51,377 bases of DNA. Source: an uncultured Staphylococcaceae bacterium (lineage in GTDB: Bacteria > Bacillota_I > Bacilli_A > RFN20 > CAG-826). The stretch spans positions 1 to 51,377 of the forward strand of contig CAZSEU010000004.1 of assembly GCA_964606005.1 (NCBI GenBank), given 5' to 3'. Under the pieces are notes generated by a model, which had not been told where the DNA came from, did no database searches, and saw nothing but the letters and a program-made list of their open reading frames with translations. This document shows positions 17,858-26,001 of this stretch, in pieces. Position numbers and translations under genes: made by a program. Positions within the stretch are counted from its first letter, which is position 1, and each line of letters opens with the position of its first letter.

Positions 17858-19408
17858 ATGAGTCATAATCCTTTAGTACTTACTTTAGATTTCGGCACTC
17901 AATCTGTAAGAACAACTTTAATCAATAAACAAGGTGAAATCGTATATTTATCCAAAAAAATATATGAACCTTTGTATTTTTCACCCAAAAAAGGTTATGC
18001 AGAACAACATGCTGATTTTTATTGGGATAATTTAATTGCATGTATTAAAAAAATGGTCAAAGAGGCCAAAGACAAACTTAAAGATGTCGTCGCGATGGCG
18101 GTGACAACTTTTCGCGATTCGGCAGTTTTGCTTGATGATAAAAATAAACCTTTAAGACCGGTGATTTTGTGGCTCGACCAACGCTTGGCAAAAGCTAGAG
18201 AAAAGCTTCCTTTACTCCATCGCATCGCATTCAAAGTTGTCGGCATGATGGATACAATCAACATGAACCGCACTCGCACCCCAGCTCATTGGGTTAAAGA
18301 AAATGAACCTGATATTTGGGCAAAAACAGAAAAATATGTGAATATTTCTACTTATATTAATTATCGTTTAACTGGTGAGCTCGCCGATTCTCCTGGTGGT
18401 TTGACTGGTCATTTTCCAATTCACTTTAAGAAATCAAAGTGGTACAAAGAAGGAGCGATGAAGGGTCGCATTTTTGGTATTCCTAATCGTATGTTACCAA
18501 AAATTGTGGTTTCAGGTGGGGAGATAGGAGTGTTATTAGATCAGGTTGCTGATCAACTAGGTTTACCTAGAGGTTTAAAATTAATCGCTACTGGTAGTGA
18601 TAAGGGTTGTGAAACCATAGGTTTGGGTTGTTTAACTCCAAATATGGCTGCCATTTCATATGGAACAGCATGTTCTATCGAAGTGAGCAATCCCGTTTAT
18701 CATGAACCAGAAAAATTTTTACCAGCTTATTCTGGCGCAGTGCCTGGTTTATATAGTCTAGATGTACAAATTTATCGTGGCTACTGGATGCTAAGATGGT
18801 TTGCTAACGAATTTGCATCTGAAATAGAAAAAGAATCCAACTTAAAGAAAGTTCCAGTCGAAGCTGTTCTAAATGAATGGCTTGACGATGTTTCTCCGGG
18901 TTCAGACGGCTTGATTTTACAGCCATATTGGGGTCCTGGTTTATCACGACCTTTAGCAAAAGGCGCGATTGTTGGTTTTTCTAGCATTCACTCCCGTAAA
19001 CATATTTACCGGGCAATCGTGGAAGGCATTGCTTTTGAGCTAAGAGAAGGCTTAGAAGGAATTGAGCGCTCGCAAAAGCAAAAAGTGAAAACCATGAGAA
19101 TTTCTGGTGGCGGTTCAATAAGTGATAAGATTTGTCAAATTACCGCAGATATTTTCGGTAGGGAAATTTCAAGAATTCAAACTAGTGAGTCTACCTCGCT
19201 GGGCGCAGCGGTTGCCACATTTACGGCAATTAAGGAATTCGAAACTGTCCATGATGCGGTTGATAGTATGGTTAAAGTTTCAAAAACCTTTAAACCAAAT
19301 ATGCAAAACCATGCAAGATACAACCAAATATTTAAAGAATTATACCAAAAAGTTCATAAAAGAATTAACCCACTTAATCGAAAAATAAATAAATTATTTA
19401 AACGTTAA
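17858..19408 (+). CDS. FGGY-family carbohydrate kinase (sugar specificity unknown)
   Basis: 516 aa with the N-terminal LDFGTQSVR phosphate-1 motif, TGSDKGCE and the C-terminal ISGGGS motif. The SD is GGTGGTGG. Confidence 0.8.
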   Translation: MSHNPLVLTLDFGTQSVRTTLINKQGEIVYLSKKIYEPLYFSPKKGYAEQHADFYWDNLIACIKKMVKEAKDKLKDVVAMAVTTFRDSAVLLDDKNKPLRPVILWLDQRLAKAREKLPLLHRIAFKVVGMMDTINMNRTRTPAHWVKENEPDIWAKTEKYVNISTYINYRLTGELADSPGGLTGHFPIHFKKSKWYKEGAMKGRIFGIPNRMLPKIVVSGGEIGVLLDQVADQLGLPRGLKLIATGSDKGCETIGLGCLTPNMAAISYGTACSIEVSNPVYHEPEKFLPAYSGAVPGLYSLDVQIYRGYWMLRWFANEFASEIEKESNLKKVPVEAVLNEWLDDVSPGSDGLILQPYWGPGLSRPLAKGAIVGFSSIHSRKHIYRAIVEGIAFELREGLEGIERSQKQKVKTMRISGGGSISDKICQITADIFGREISRIQTSESTSLGAAVATFTAIKEFETVHDAVDSMVKVSKTFKPNMQNHARYNQIFKELYQKVHKRINPLNRKINKLFKR

Positions 19409-19419
19409 GAGGTGCTATT

Positions 19420-19572
19420 GTGAGTGATTATATGGAAGAAAATAAAAAGCGCAAACGCCCACATCAAAAGTATTATGGCGGCGAAGACATTGAAATGTTC
19501 AAGGAACGCGAACGCAATAATAAGCGAGAAGGCGATAAGAATATTTGCGATGACCATGTTGATGGTGCATAA
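19420..19572 (+). CDS. Small hypothetical highly charged protein (50 codons from GTG, 46 from the internal ATG at 19432); absent from the ORF track
   Basis: My translation is (V)SDYMEENKKRKRPHQKYYGGEDIEMFKERERNNKREGDKNICDDHVDGA*. AAGAGGTG lies 5-12 nt upstream of the GTG. The ORF starts 12 nt after the FGGY kinase stop. Confidence 0.3.
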   Translation: MSDYMEENKKRKRPHQKYYGGEDIEMFKERERNNKREGDKNICDDHVDGA

Positions 19573-19697
19573 ATAATTAGTGATCGTTTTTATAAAATAA
19601 TAAGTGACACTAGAAACATCTTGTCACGACAATAATTACATAAGTTCTAGTTATTAACCCGTATTTTTGCAAAAATACACCTATACGAGGTGACTTT

Positions 19698-20597
19698 ATG
19701 GCGATATATCAAATCTTTACTGATTCAAGCTGTGATTTAAGTACAGAAATACGCAAGGCCAATAATCTGGAGTATTTTTATTGTGGCTTAGTAGTGGATG
19801 GCGTCGAATATCGCGCCGATCTTGACTGGAAAGATTATACTGCCGAGCAATTTTATGATTGGTTAGTACAAGGTAAGAAAATAAAAACCACCCAACTTTC
19901 TATGAAAGAAGTAATTGAAAAAGTTACTCCCTACTTCGAAAAAGGTATTGACATCATTTATGTTGGCTGTTCAAGCGCTTTGACAGGTTCGATGAATTTG
20001 TTCGAACTTGCCAAAAGACAACTACTTGAAGAGTACCCTGAACGCAAGATGGTTGGTGTTGATACATTAACTGCCAGTGTGGCTTTGGGTATGCTGGTGT
20101 TGGATGCTAAAAAGAAACAAGAAGAGGGTTTGACGATCGAACAATTAGAAAAGTGGGTATTAGATAATCGCTTTTTTTACAATCAATTTGCAACAGTTGA
20201 TACTTTAACCTATTTACGCGCTTCTGGACGCATTAAAGGCTTGGCCGCTTTCTTGGGTAATATCATGGCAGTTAAACCAATATTTATTAGCGATAGAAAA
20301 GGCAACAATTATACAATCAACAAAGTTAAGGGTACCAAAGCTTCTTTGAATGAATTATTCGAAGGAGTAAAAAACGCTTATGTTGAAGGCGAAACCAAAG
20401 AAATATATATCGGTCATGGTCGTGCGATTGATCGCGCTGAAATGCTTAAAAAGCGCATTGAAGAAGAACTAAAAATTCCTGCACATATTCTTTGGATTGG
20501 ACCAATCGTTGGTACCACTTGTGGGCCAGGTGTATTAGGTACATTTTGTCGCGGTAAAGAAGTTACTCGTTACGAAGGCGAACCAAAGAACCAATAA
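19698..20597 (+). CDS. DegV-family fatty-acid-binding protein
   Basis: 299 aa with the N-terminal IFTDSSCDL and DegV-like sequence throughout. The SD is GAGGTGA. Confidence 0.85.
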   Translation: MAIYQIFTDSSCDLSTEIRKANNLEYFYCGLVVDGVEYRADLDWKDYTAEQFYDWLVQGKKIKTTQLSMKEVIEKVTPYFEKGIDIIYVGCSSALTGSMNLFELAKRQLLEEYPERKMVGVDTLTASVALGMLVLDAKKKQEEGLTIEQLEKWVLDNRFFYNQFATVDTLTYLRASGRIKGLAAFLGNIMAVKPIFISDRKGNNYTINKVKGTKASLNELFEGVKNAYVEGETKEIYIGHGRAIDRAEMLKKRIEEELKIPAHILWIGPIVGTTCGPGVLGTFCRGKEVTRYEGEPKNQ

Positions 20598-20617
20598 TCA
20601 AAAAAGTTATAAACAAT

Positions 20618-20648
20618 AAGGCATCTATTTAGGTGCCTTTTATTTTTC
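20618..20648 (+). terminator. Rho-independent terminator after degV
   Basis: AAGGCATCT / AGGTGCCTT stem (one mismatch) followed by TTTTATTTTT. Confidence 0.55.
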
Positions 20649-20670
20649 TCGTGTGTATAATAATAGCGCT

Positions 20671-21639
20671 ATGAAAAAGATTCCAAATAAAAAAACTAAT
20701 AAAAACAAAAATAAAGGCAATGTTAAACAAGCTCCTCTCAAAAAGAATTATCGTAATTTAAAAGAATTTAAAGTGACAGAGGAAAATGAACTTTTATTAT
20801 TCCTTTTAGAACAATTTAAGAGCCAATCACGCAACTCGGTTAAGTCTCTACTTTCATCACACCGTGTATCGGTAGATGGGGCACCCGTGACACAATTTAA
20901 CTTCAAATTATATCCAGGAGACACGGTAATAATTACTACTAGCGCAATCAAAAGAAAAATTAGAAGTAAATTACCAATTATTTATGAAGATGACGATTTA
21001 ATTGTAATTAATAAACCAAGTGGACTTTTATCAATTGCTTCAGATAACGAAAAGAGTTCTACTGCCTATAGAATGCTCTCAGATTATGTGCAACAAAAAG
21101 ACAAACACAACCGAATTTTCGTGGTCCATCGTTTGGACGAAGATACTTCTGGTGTATTAATGGTTGCAAAAAACATTGAAATACAGCAGGCGTTACAAGA
21201 AAAATGGAACGAAATCGTCACCAAACGTGGTTATTTTGCCATTGTTGAAGGTGTAATGGAAAATCAGGAAGGTACATTTAAGACTTACTTAAAGAAAAAT
21301 AATCAAAACTTAATGTATTCCTCAAAAAAATCTGGAGACGGACAATTGGCCATTACACATTATAAAGAAATTAAAACTAATGGCGTTTATTCGCTATTAG
21401 ACGTCAATATCGACACAGGAAGAAAAAACCAAATTCGCGTGCACTTAGGTGAAAGCGGTCACTATGTCATTGGTGATGATAAATATGGAAAACCCGCCAA
21501 TCCAATTGGTCGTCTCGGACTTCACGCCTATGCTTTGGAATTTATTCACCCATTTACGGGCAAAAAAATGTCGTTCTCAACCCCAATGCCTAAAGATTTT
21601 TTGAAACTAATTGATAAAGTCGACAAAAAACAGAAGTGA
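20671..21639 (+). CDS. RluA-family pseudouridine synthase with an S4 RNA-binding domain and a Lys/Asn-rich N-terminal extension (RluD/RluC-like)
   Basis: Motifs HRLDEDTSGVLMVAK and GRKNQIRVH are present, with an S4-like region upstream. The ATG at 20671 is preferred over the ORF-track GTG at 20653, because TATAAT (20656-20661) lies inside that extension. Confidence 0.8.
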   Translation: MKKIPNKKTNKNKNKGNVKQAPLKKNYRNLKEFKVTEENELLLFLLEQFKSQSRNSVKSLLSSHRVSVDGAPVTQFNFKLYPGDTVIITTSAIKRKIRSKLPIIYEDDDLIVINKPSGLLSIASDNEKSSTAYRMLSDYVQQKDKHNRIFVVHRLDEDTSGVLMVAKNIEIQQALQEKWNEIVTKRGYFAIVEGVMENQEGTFKTYLKKNNQNLMYSSKKSGDGQLAITHYKEIKTNGVYSLLDVNIDTGRKNQIRVHLGESGHYVIGDDKYGKPANPIGRLGLHAYALEFIHPFTGKKMSFSTPMPKDFLKLIDKVDKKQK

Positions 21640-21699
21640 TAAATTAATACTTTGCGCCATGAGGTTGGAATAAACTTCGTTTTCGTGTAAAGTATTTAT

Positions 21700-23310
21700 A
21701 TGAAAAATCGTTATTTTGATGCATTATTTACATCATTATTATCAATTGGACCAATTATCCTACTGGTCTGCATTTTATCTTGGACACCTTTGCTAAATTT
21801 TAGTGGTAATGATTACGCGATGCTATTGTTTGGTGGTGTGGCTCTGATTTTAGGTTTAGCCTTATTCCAAATTGGCGCTTTAACAGGCTTGACAAAGGTC
21901 GGAGAATATATGGGTAGTTCCTTATCCCGCCAAAAGCAGCTTTTTGTTATTGTTATATTTACCTTCGCACTCGGAGTGCTTATTACTTGCGCCGAACCAT
22001 CACTTCTTATTGTTTCGAAACAAGTGACAATTGTTCCAAATAACGAGGCATTAAATGCTGTCATCTTAATCGGTAGTATTGCTATCGGTGTTGGTGCATT
22101 TGTCGTCATCGGTGTATTAAGAATTATTTTGCATAAACCACTAAAAATGTGGGTCATGTTTTTCTATTTAATTACTTTTTTGCTAGTTTGCTTAGTGGCG
22201 GTTGATCCAGAAAAAGCAGAAATGTTGCCCTTTATCTTTGATAGCGGCGGAGTTACTACTGGCGCGGCAATTATACCTTTTGTATTATCGCTCGGTCTTG
22301 GTGTTGCGATTGTTCGCGGTGGAAAAACTGCTAACAGCGACAGTTTTGGACTTGCGGGCTTAGTCGCCATCGGACCAGTCATTGCTATGTCGGTTAGTAT
22401 TTTAATTCAATCAAATGTTCCTGAATACATTTATGAAGCACCAGCTCCATTTGGTAATGATTTCTTAGGTCGTTTATTTAACGCTATGATTCCCCATAAT
22501 GGACAATTAGGGTCAATGATAGAGGTGCTGATTGCCATTTCACCAATTCTAATTGTTTTCTTCGTTTACGAGCTGATTTTCATCAAACTACCACTTTCAA
22601 AAGTCCTGACTTTATTGGTGGGCTTTGGTTTCTGTTTTGTTGGGCTGTCATTTTTCTTGGCATCTGCAAATGCAATTATGGGACCAATGGGTGGCATGGT
22701 TGGACAATCACTTGGCGAATTTTGGCAAAGTCATCAATGGGTTGTCATCTTAGTGGCATTTACTATTGGCCTAGTAACAATTCTTTGCGAACCCGCAGTT
22801 CATGTATTGACCACACAAATCGAAAATATTTCCTCCGGACAAATCAAAAAAAGTACAGTTTTAATCGTTCTTTCTTTGGCGGTAGGTTCTGCCATTATGC
22901 TTGCAGCAATACGCACGATTTATGATTTTTCAATTTTATATTACCTAGTTCCAGGATATATAATTTCGTTAACACTGATGCTTTTTTCTCCAGATATTTT
23001 TGCGGCTATGGCCATTGACTCAGGCAGCACAGCCTCTGGTCCTATGGCAGCGTCATTTGTCATGCCTTTTGTCATTGGTATGTATTCAATTATTTCCACT
23101 GATAAACTCAATCTAGATAGTTCTTATCGTGTCAGTTTCTACGGACAAGCTTTTGGTGTTGTGGCACTGGTAACTTTGATGCCAGTTATCGCAATCCAAC
23201 TCTTGGGCATTATAATCGAATTAAAACAGTATCGTCGTCTTGCTTTGGCTCGCAAGGCGATCATCGAACAGGACGATGTCCAAGTTATCCATTTTAATAA
23301 GGGGGTGTAA
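21700..23310 (+). CDS. Polytopic membrane protein with two homologous halves (DUF1538-like), unknown function
   Basis: 536 aa with at least 12 hydrophobic segments. The duplication is visible by eye: ITCAEPSLLIVSKQV / ILCEPAVHVLTTQI and IFDSGGVTTGAAIIPFVLSLGLG / AIDSGSTASGPMAASFVMPFVIG. The family name is assigned from memory and is not verified. Confidence 0.6.
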   Translation: MKNRYFDALFTSLLSIGPIILLVCILSWTPLLNFSGNDYAMLLFGGVALILGLALFQIGALTGLTKVGEYMGSSLSRQKQLFVIVIFTFALGVLITCAEPSLLIVSKQVTIVPNNEALNAVILIGSIAIGVGAFVVIGVLRIILHKPLKMWVMFFYLITFLLVCLVAVDPEKAEMLPFIFDSGGVTTGAAIIPFVLSLGLGVAIVRGGKTANSDSFGLAGLVAIGPVIAMSVSILIQSNVPEYIYEAPAPFGNDFLGRLFNAMIPHNGQLGSMIEVLIAISPILIVFFVYELIFIKLPLSKVLTLLVGFGFCFVGLSFFLASANAIMGPMGGMVGQSLGEFWQSHQWVVILVAFTIGLVTILCEPAVHVLTTQIENISSGQIKKSTVLIVLSLAVGSAIMLAAIRTIYDFSILYYLVPGYIISLTLMLFSPDIFAAMAIDSGSTASGPMAASFVMPFVIGMYSIISTDKLNLDSSYRVSFYGQAFGVVALVTLMPVIAIQLLGIIIELKQYRRLALARKAIIEQDDVQVIHFNKGV

Positions 23311-23312
23311 TT

Positions 23313-23720
23313 ATGGCTCGTGGCATTAAATCAGATCTGATAAAAAAAGAAACAAAAGTTAATAAAAAGCAATCATTTGATAAAACCCATGATATCAAAC
23401 CACTTTATATTTATATTGCTGTTGTTGATTATGGTGATGGGGCAGAAGTTGTGGAAATATTCAAAAACGCAGGTTCTTCTCTTCAATTCGTGCAAATAGG
23501 CGAAGGAACTGCCTCAAGACATGTTCTTGAAATTTTGGGCATTGAAGACAGTAGAAAAGAAATCGTATTTTCTTTAATTAAAGGTGAAGATTTACAAAAA
23601 GCAACCACTGAATTAGAGGTTTATTTTACCGCTAATCATAAAAGTAGAGGAATTGGTTTCTCAATTGCACTAACCGGTTTAGCGGGTGTGAAAATGTATC
23701 AATTTCTCACACAGTTTTAG
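23313..23720 (+). CDS. PII-like (GlnB-fold) signalling protein, divergent, with a 30-aa basic N-terminal extension
   Basis: 135 aa. Its pattern suggests a beta-alpha-beta x2 fold (LYIYIAVVDYGDGAEVVEIFKNAG ... EIVFSLIKGEDLQKATTEL ... RGIGFSIAL). The SD is GGGGGTG and the gene starts 2 nt after the membrane gene. Confidence 0.5.
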   Translation: MARGIKSDLIKKETKVNKKQSFDKTHDIKPLYIYIAVVDYGDGAEVVEIFKNAGSSLQFVQIGEGTASRHVLEILGIEDSRKEIVFSLIKGEDLQKATTELEVYFTANHKSRGIGFSIALTGLAGVKMYQFLTQF

Positions 23721-23732
23721 GAGGGTATTAAT

Positions 23733-24107
23733 ATGGCGAAAATGGAACTCATTATTGCAATATGCAATGTTGGATTTGCCGAAGCGGTAATGGATGTCGC
23801 AAAACTTAATGGAGCACGTGGTGGGACAATTTCCCATGCTCGTGGTTCAACCACACCAGAAATCGAAAAAAAATATGGTGTCTATGTCACTCCTGACAAA
23901 GAAATGGTTTTTATTGTTGTGCCAACAAGAATTAGAGATAAAATCTTAAACGCAATTTACGCATCAGTAGCAAAAGGCAAGCCAGGCAACTGCGTGGCAT
24001 TTTCATTACCAGTCGAAAACACTTTAGGAATCCGTTATGCCGAAGAAGCAGAAACAAAAAAAGAGGCTCCGAAAGAAGCCCCTAATCCTGATAAAAAAGC
24101 TTTATAA
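23733..24107 (+). CDS. PII-family (GlnB-like) signalling protein
   Basis: 124 aa that aligns by eye with GlnB/GlnK. It has beta1 MELIIAICN, a T-loop-length insert after HARGS and the B-loop-like GKPGNCVAFSLPVE (compare GKIGDGKIFVSPVE). The SD is TAGGAGGG. Confidence 0.65.
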   Translation: MAKMELIIAICNVGFAEAVMDVAKLNGARGGTISHARGSTTPEIEKKYGVYVTPDKEMVFIVVPTRIRDKILNAIYASVAKGKPGNCVAFSLPVENTLGIRYAEEAETKKEAPKEAPNPDKKAL

Positions 24108-25931
24108 ATCACCTTTGCGCGCTCTAGAATCAAATTTCTTGCGTTCACCAGTATTTAGGATCTTTTTGCGCATTCTATAGGTGAGCGGGGTAATTTCCAC
24201 CAACTCATCAGTGTTAATATAATCTAAACACGCCTCGAGAGACATTCTGCGAGGTGTTTTTAATACGACCGTATTGTCTTTACCAGCACTTCTCATGTTG
24301 GTTAAGGCTTTCTTTAATACCACATTGACCGCTAAGTCGAAATCATAACGGTTTTCACCAACAATCATGCCTTCATACACCTCGGTACCTGGTTCAATAA
24401 ACATCGTACCTCTTTCTTCAACATGCTGAATAGCATAAGGTGTGGATTGGCCGCTTTCTGTAGCAACTAATACACCAACTATTCTTTCTCCTAAACCAGT
24501 ATTGCTTGAAGTAGGGCGATATTCTTTATAAGTATGGGAAATAATGCCATAACCTTTCGTTAAAGTCATGAAATTGGTCATAAAACCAAGCAAACCACGA
24601 GAAGGAATTACGTAGGTAAGAATTGTTGTTGTATCTTTGGCGTCCATATTAATTAATTCCGCTGATCTAACACCCAAAGAAGTCATAATATCGCCGACGA
24701 ATTCGTTAGGAACATCGATCAATAAATCTTCATATGGCTCATGTTTTACGCCATCAATTTCTTGGATGATTACTTGCGGTTTGCTGACTTCTAATTCAAA
24801 ACCTTCGCGGCGCATGTTTTCAATTAATATTGATAAGTGCAATTCGCCTCTACCAGAAACAATCCAAGATTCTTTCTCTGGGATTCTTTTTACTCTTAAA
24901 GCAACGTCTTTTTGCATTTCGCGGTAAAGTCTTTCTTCAATTTTTCTTGCGGTTAAGATCTTACCCTCTTTGCCGGAAAGTGGCGAAGAGTTAGTGCCAA
25001 AAGTCATCTGTAAGGTTGGCTCATCTAACTTAATAGGAGGAAGAGGAACAACGTGCTGAGAACTACAAATAGTTTCGCCAACATTAATATCGGTCAAACC
25101 GGCAACAGCGACGATTTCGCCTGCAACAGCTTCTTCAATTTCTAAACGCTTTAAGCCTTGGTAACCAAATAATTTCATGACGTGGAAATTGACGGTGCTA
25201 CCATTGTTACGTGAGACAGTGACATTATCGTTAACATGTATTTTACCTTTTTTAATGGTGCCAATGCCAATGCGACCAACAAAGTCGTTGTAATCAAGCA
25301 AAGCCACTTGCATTTGAAGTGGGGCATTTATATCGACATTTGGAGCAGGAATTTCTTTTATAATGGTGTCTAATACTGCGTCCATACCAGGCTTTTGGGT
25401 ATTAACATTAGCTTGTAATGAACTGGTACCTTTTAAACCAGAAGTATAAATAACTGGGAACTCTAAAAATTGTTCTGGAGCGCCTAGTTCAATAAATAAT
25501 TCTAAAACCTCATCGAGAGAGCCCTCGATATCGATGTTGTTGCGATCCACTTTATTAATAATAACAATCGGTTTGATGCCTGCTTGTAAGGCCTTTTTTA
25601 AGACAAAGCGTGTTTGAGGCATCGTGCCTTCGAAAGCGTCAACGAGTAATAAACAACCATCGACCATATTCATAATACGTTCGACTTCGCCACCAAAATC
25701 AGCGTGTCCTGGAGTATCAAGAATATTGATTTTTGTGTCTTTATAAATAATTGAAGTAGTTTTGGCGAGAATGGTAATACCTCTTTCTCTTTCGAGATCG
25801 TTACTATCCATAGCGCGAACATTGACTTCTTCGTTCACGCGAAAAGCGCCGGCAGATTTCAATAATTGATCAACTAGAGTGGTTTTGCCGTGGTCAACGT
25901 GCGCGATAATGGCGACATTACGAATATTCAT
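24102..25931 (-). CDS. typA: Translational GTPase TypA/BipA
   Basis: 609 aa with G-domain motifs [14 protein letters not shown] and NKVD and BipA-like C-terminal domains. The SD is AGGAGG. Confidence 0.93.
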   Translation of the reverse strand: MNIRNVAIIAHVDHGKTTLVDQLLKSAGAFRVNEEVNVRAMDSNDLERERGITILAKTTSIIYKDTKINILDTPGHADFGGEVERIMNMVDGCLLLVDAFEGTMPQTRFVLKKALQAGIKPIVIINKVDRNNIDIEGSLDEVLELFIELGAPEQFLEFPVIYTSGLKGTSSLQANVNTQKPGMDAVLDTIIKEIPAPNVDINAPLQMQVALLDYNDFVGRIGIGTIKKGKIHVNDNVTVSRNNGSTVNFHVMKLFGYQGLKRLEIEEAVAGEIVAVAGLTDINVGETICSSQHVVPLPPIKLDEPTLQMTFGTNSSPLSGKEGKILTARKIEERLYREMQKDVALRVKRIPEKESWIVSGRGELHLSILIENMRREGFELEVSKPQVIIQEIDGVKHEPYEDLLIDVPNEFVGDIMTSLGVRSAELINMDAKDTTTILTYVIPSRGLLGFMTNFMTLTKGYGIISHTYKEYRPTSSNTGLGERIVGVLVATESGQSTPYAIQHVEERGTMFIEPGTEVYEGMIVGENRYDFDLAVNVVLKKALTNMRSAGKDNTVVLKTPRRMSLEACLDYINTDELVEITPLTYRMRKKILNTGERKKFDSRARKGDL

Positions 25932-25944
25932 AAATACGACCTCC

Positions 25945-25978
25945 TAAAAAACCCTTACTATCTTAGAAGAGTAAGGGT
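25945..25978 (-). terminator. Rho-independent terminator after the YfhO-like gene, immediately upstream of the typA SD
   Basis: On the minus strand: ACCCTTACT-N10-AGTAAGGGT followed by TTTTTT, then AGGAGG of typA. Confidence 0.6.
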
Positions 25979-26001
25979 CAAAACGCAATAAAAATGAATT
26001 G

